Source: an uncultured virus (IMG/VR IMGVR_UViG_3300034061_003767) | Taxonomy: Duplodnaviria; Heunggongvirae; Uroviricota; Caudoviricetes | Direction: 5' to 3' (one strand) | IMG/VR virus record: IMGVR_UViG_3300034061_003767 | DNA length: 20,000 bases | Part shown: positions 17,220 through 20,000 of the stretch, in pieces | Layout: each line of letters begins with the position of its first letter | Position numbering within the stretch: position 1 is the first letter of the stretch | Position numbers and translations under genes: made by a program | Notes under the pieces: model-generated | Database searches by the model: none | Told to the model about the DNA's origin: nothing | What the model saw: only the letters and a program-made list of their open reading frames with translations

Positions 17220-17583
17220 AATTATCATACATCCCATAGTACTAACAACACAAATAGAATTAAACAAGCAATATGTATTATCTGGCTCAGATAAAGAGTG
17301 GAAGCCTATAACTTTCAATCTAGATGAAAGCATCTTAGAAGATATAAATTATAAAATTATTGAAAAAATGAAAACATATATTTTCGTAAACGAATTAGAA
17401 CTTTTACCACAACTGATAAATATTAAAAAATCTATCACAGAAGATAATGCAGTAGATATTATCTACGGCTTCGTGGTTGGTTTTACTAATAATATAAATA
17501 ATTGTTTTTGGCTAGAATTTAATGTATTAGAAGAAAAAGAATATAGTAATCTAATATTAGAAGTAATTCAAAAGCTAAATTAA
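17203..17583 (+). CDS. hypothetical protein
   Basis: GTG start preceded by AGGAG; 126 aa. Confidence 0.7.
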   Translation: MNSQYKIIIHPIVLTTQIELNKQYVLSGSDKEWKPITFNLDESILEDINYKIIEKMKTYIFVNELELLPQLINIKKSITEDNAVDIIYGFVVGFTNNINNCFWLEFNVLEEKEYSNLILEVIQKLN

Positions 17584-17586
17584 ATT

Positions 17587-17925
17587 ATGTTCAACTTTTT
17601 TAAAAAAAATAATAAACCAATAGAAGAAACCGATAAAACTAATGCTATTACTATATTATTAGAAAATACAGATCCTTATATTCATATTTCTATTATGAAT
17701 ACAGATAAAGATAGTGTAATAAATTTAGCTAAGGTATTATATCAATTAAATACGGGACAATACGCTACTCACATGATGAATATTTTATTAGAGCTAAGCA
17801 AAGAGGATGCTCACATAGCTTTATTTGTTTCTCAAGTTATGACAGATTGGGTTTATCAAATAGAAGCCCAAAGAACAATAAATGAACCTTATGTCAAACC
17901 AACAGCTTTTGGTAATAATAAATAA
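17587..17925 (+). CDS. hypothetical protein
   Basis: 112 aa, 3 nt after the upstream stop. Confidence 0.7.
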   Translation: MFNFFKKNNKPIEETDKTNAITILLENTDPYIHISIMNTDKDSVINLAKVLYQLNTGQYATHMMNILLELSKEDAHIALFVSQVMTDWVYQIEAQRTINEPYVKPTAFGNNK

Positions 17926-17928
17926 ACT

Positions 17929-18324
17929 ATGAATAAAATTATATGGGAAAAATGGAACGATCCGTTTGGAGAAAATTTAGATGAAGTCAAATGGAATAGT
18001 TATGATAACGAAGAACTAGACGAAGAAACAGAATTTTTAGATAAACAAGTTATACAGAATGCTAAGCCTATAAAAGTGATAGCAACTCCTGCGGGATTAA
18101 TTCCATATAACGAACATACCGCATCTAGTAAAATTTTTAATTTTTGGGTAGGACATACTAATTTTAATATTTCAAAAAATATAATGGAGACCATAGAAAA
18201 TTGTGAAGGGGTAGAATTATTAGATGTTTTTACCAGATATAGATTTAGAATAGCTGTTGGAAAATGTTTTACAGATAATGAGGTAATGGCAAATATTACA
18301 GAAAAAATCAATGGGAACAGATAA
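17929..18324 (+). CDS. hypothetical phage protein
   Basis: 131 aa; WEKWxDP and FWVGHTNF...GVE...TRYRFRIAVGK segments look like conserved motifs. Confidence 0.75.
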   Translation: MNKIIWEKWNDPFGENLDEVKWNSYDNEELDEETEFLDKQVIQNAKPIKVIATPAGLIPYNEHTASSKIFNFWVGHTNFNISKNIMETIENCEGVELLDVFTRYRFRIAVGKCFTDNEVMANITEKINGNR

Positions 18325-18991
18325 CGAACAACCTAGTATTCTACATGATATTCATGACTATAGTATAGATGTAGAAAACAGAGAAATATATTTGCATTCA
18401 TATTTTTCAGATGATGATAATAATGAACCCGGTGTTGATTACAGGTCAGCCATAACTTTTGAAAAAAATCTTAGATATCTTAATCTATTATCATTAGATC
18501 CTATATTAGTTCATATGCACTTGCCAGGAGGAGATTGGCAAGATTGTTTGGGTATATATGATAATATTAAAAATAGTAAAAGTCCTGTCTGTATAGTGGC
18601 CTATGCTAAGGTCGAATCTAGTAGTACGGTTTTATTACAAGCGGCCGATTTACGCATTCTTAGCGCTAATACTAATTTTCTAGTTCATTACGGCTCTATT
18701 AGTGTGGATAATGAACACAAAGCAGCATTAAGTATGATACAATGGAGCGAAAAAGAGAGCGAAAAGATGATAGATATCTTTACTGAAAGGTGTATGAATA
18801 GTAAGATTTGCAAAGAAAAAAATTGGAAAAAGATGATGGTTAAAAAACACATCATCACACAACTTGCCACAAAAAGAGATTGGATTCTAACATCTGAACA
18901 AGCTGTTGATTATAATTTTGCTGATGGTGTTTTGGGTAGTAAAAAATTTCCTAATATAGACTATATCAAAAACTATATGAAAAAATTATAA
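18311..18991 (+). CDS. clpP: ClpP-like ATP-dependent protease proteolytic subunit
   Basis: REIYL, PIxVHMHLPGG, IYDNI, ESSSTVLLQA (Ser), R..SANTNFLVH (His), RDWILTSEQAVDYNFAD (Asp). Confidence 0.82.
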   Translation: MGTDNEQPSILHDIHDYSIDVENREIYLHSYFSDDDNNEPGVDYRSAITFEKNLRYLNLLSLDPILVHMHLPGGDWQDCLGIYDNIKNSKSPVCIVAYAKVESSSTVLLQAADLRILSANTNFLVHYGSISVDNEHKAALSMIQWSEKESEKMIDIFTERCMNSKICKEKNWKKMMVKKHIITQLATKRDWILTSEQAVDYNFADGVLGSKKFPNIDYIKNYMKKL

Positions 18992-18992
18992 A

Positions 18993-19664
18993 ATGTATAT
19001 TGATTTTGCTATTATCGACACAGACATTAATGATACTCAAGCAAAAGATATCATTAAATATGTTATAGATAATAATTGTGTTAATAGCATTACAATTCCT
19101 TACTATTTTGGCAAGCTTATTAAACCATATATTAATAATAACGGTTGTGATTTTTCTTGTTTTATAGATTATCCTCTAGGAATATCAGATTCTAAAACTA
19201 GAATTTTTGCTGTGGATCAGGCTATTAAAAGCGGATTTAATACCATAGATGTTTGTGTGCCGCAAAATTTAGCGGCCAATAGAAAATATGATAAAATTAG
19301 AGAAGATATTAATTCTATAGTTGAAATTGCTAAAGATAAAAATGTCAATATTAGATATATTTTAGAGTACAGAAAATTTGACCACTTTTGTCTAAAAAAA
19401 ATATGTGAAATTTTTGAAAATCTAGGTGTAAAGTATGTATTTCCATCCACCAGTTATTTTCTAGATAATTTAGCGGACAATATTTTAGCTTCTATATTTT
19501 TATATAACAATTCTAAAGATTTAAAAATTATATGTACTGGTAATGTTTGGACAGATAAACATTTTGATACTATGATTAAATCTGGACTATTTGGATTTAG
19601 GACAACCTCAACCCACACCCTAAACAATTTTATCAAGTTCAATTTAACCAAACAAAAAAAATAG
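18993..19664 (+). CDS. DeoC (deoxyribose-phosphate aldolase)-like TIM barrel, catalytic lysines apparently lost
   Basis: IDYPLG, AIKSGFNTIDV, RYILE, G.KYVFPSTSY (cf. GADFIKTSTGF), IICTGNV (cf. VKASGGI). Confidence 0.75.
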   Translation: MYIDFAIIDTDINDTQAKDIIKYVIDNNCVNSITIPYYFGKLIKPYINNNGCDFSCFIDYPLGISDSKTRIFAVDQAIKSGFNTIDVCVPQNLAANRKYDKIREDINSIVEIAKDKNVNIRYILEYRKFDHFCLKKICEIFENLGVKYVFPSTSYFLDNLADNILASIFLYNNSKDLKIICTGNVWTDKHFDTMIKSGLFGFRTTSTHTLNNFIKFNLTKQKK

Positions 19665-19666
19665 TG

Positions 19667-19683
19667 GTGTATAGATAATTATC
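19667..19683 (+). promoter_or_regulatory. candidate phage promoter (GTGTAT) with an adjacent 10-bp palindrome GATAATTATC
   Basis: Intergenic; GTGTAT at 19667-19672, palindrome at 19674-19683, GGAG SD at 19707-19710. Confidence 0.3.
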
Positions 19684-19716
19684 CATCATTCTATAGTAAC
19701 TTATACGGAGTAAAAA

Positions 19717-20000
19717 ATGGCCACAGTACAAACAAATGGGTCTTCTGCTGTAACAGCAACATCCACAGTAAATAATGGTGGCGTTATGACCGCCAACGGA
19801 TCATCAAGTGCTAATGTTTTAAGAAGTCAATCAACCTCAACCGCACAAGTTGGCCTTTATAGCAACGCAGTAGCAGATAATGCTGATGCTGATAAAGCTT
19901 TAAGTGCTGGTACTTTTGCTTATAATAATGCTACTCCTACCGCTATGAAGATTACAACCAGTTTAGCTGGTGTTAGTAATGATTTCTTAAGAAGCGGAGC
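19717..20000 (+). CDS. 5' part of a Ser/Thr/Ala/Asn/Gly-rich protein, possibly a virion structural protein (partial)
   Basis: ATG 19717 with GGAG SD; open to the window end: MATVQTNGSSAVTATSTVNNGGVMTANG...DFLRSG; not in the ORF track. Confidence 0.75.
   Translation, partial: MATVQTNGSSAVTATSTVNNGGVMTANGSSSANVLRSQSTSTAQVGLYSNAVADNADADKALSAGTFAYNNATPTAMKITTSLAGVSNDFLRSG

Noticed and set aside
2795..18795. Intragenic GTGTAT copies (2795, 14147, 15380, 18790) as internal promoters
   Set aside because: Several copies of such a hexamer are expected by chance in 20 kb of AT-rich DNA, and their spacing to downstream starts is inconsistent
342..19651. All minus-strand ORFs (342, 2109, 2688, 8318, 12274, 12620, 12661, 12720, 16031, 16344, 18000, 18688, 19217, 19454)
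   Set aside because: Short antisense shadows of well-supported + strand genes, with no recognisable motifs
1..20000. Stop-codon reassignment, as seen in some large phages
   Set aside because: Genes tile densely under code 11, and TAA, TGA and TAG all end genes at sensible positions (e.g. TAG 3001-3003, TGA 11421-11423)
1..20000. CRISPR array, IS element, intron or intein
   Set aside because: No regularly spaced repeats, transposase or homing-endonuclease motifs seen; RuvB, GuaC and ClpP have no large insertions
1..20000. Eukaryotic giant virus (NCLDV) origin suggested by the GT content
   Set aside because: SD motifs, overlapping operon-like genes, a sigma factor and bacterial-type RuvB indicate a prokaryotic expression system

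Overview
AT-rich, gene-dense window with every credible gene on the + strand. Genes overlap or abut (ATGA-type coupling), and several have Shine-Dalgarno motifs. Gene content and the many orphan ORFs fit a segment of a large or jumbo tailed bacteriophage; the host cannot be determined from this window. In order: a truncated tRNA-like element; a Zn-ribbon protein ending in a RuvA domain-III-like module, coupled to RuvB; an exported thioredoxin-fold protein, a bitopic membrane protein, a volactin-like actin ATPase and an exported trypsin-like protease; a macrodomain; a glycan synthesis/modification cluster (two methyltransferases, an NDP-sugar epimerase, several glycosyltransferases including a CAP59-like/NodZ-like fusion); a nucleoside deoxyribosyltransferase-like gene coupled to GMP reductase; a GT4; a PAP2 phosphatase; a sigma-70-like factor; a ClpP-like protease; an apparently inactivated DeoC; and the start of a Ser/Thr/Ala/Asn-rich, possibly structural gene. 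All family calls are from motif recognition by eye, not database searches.
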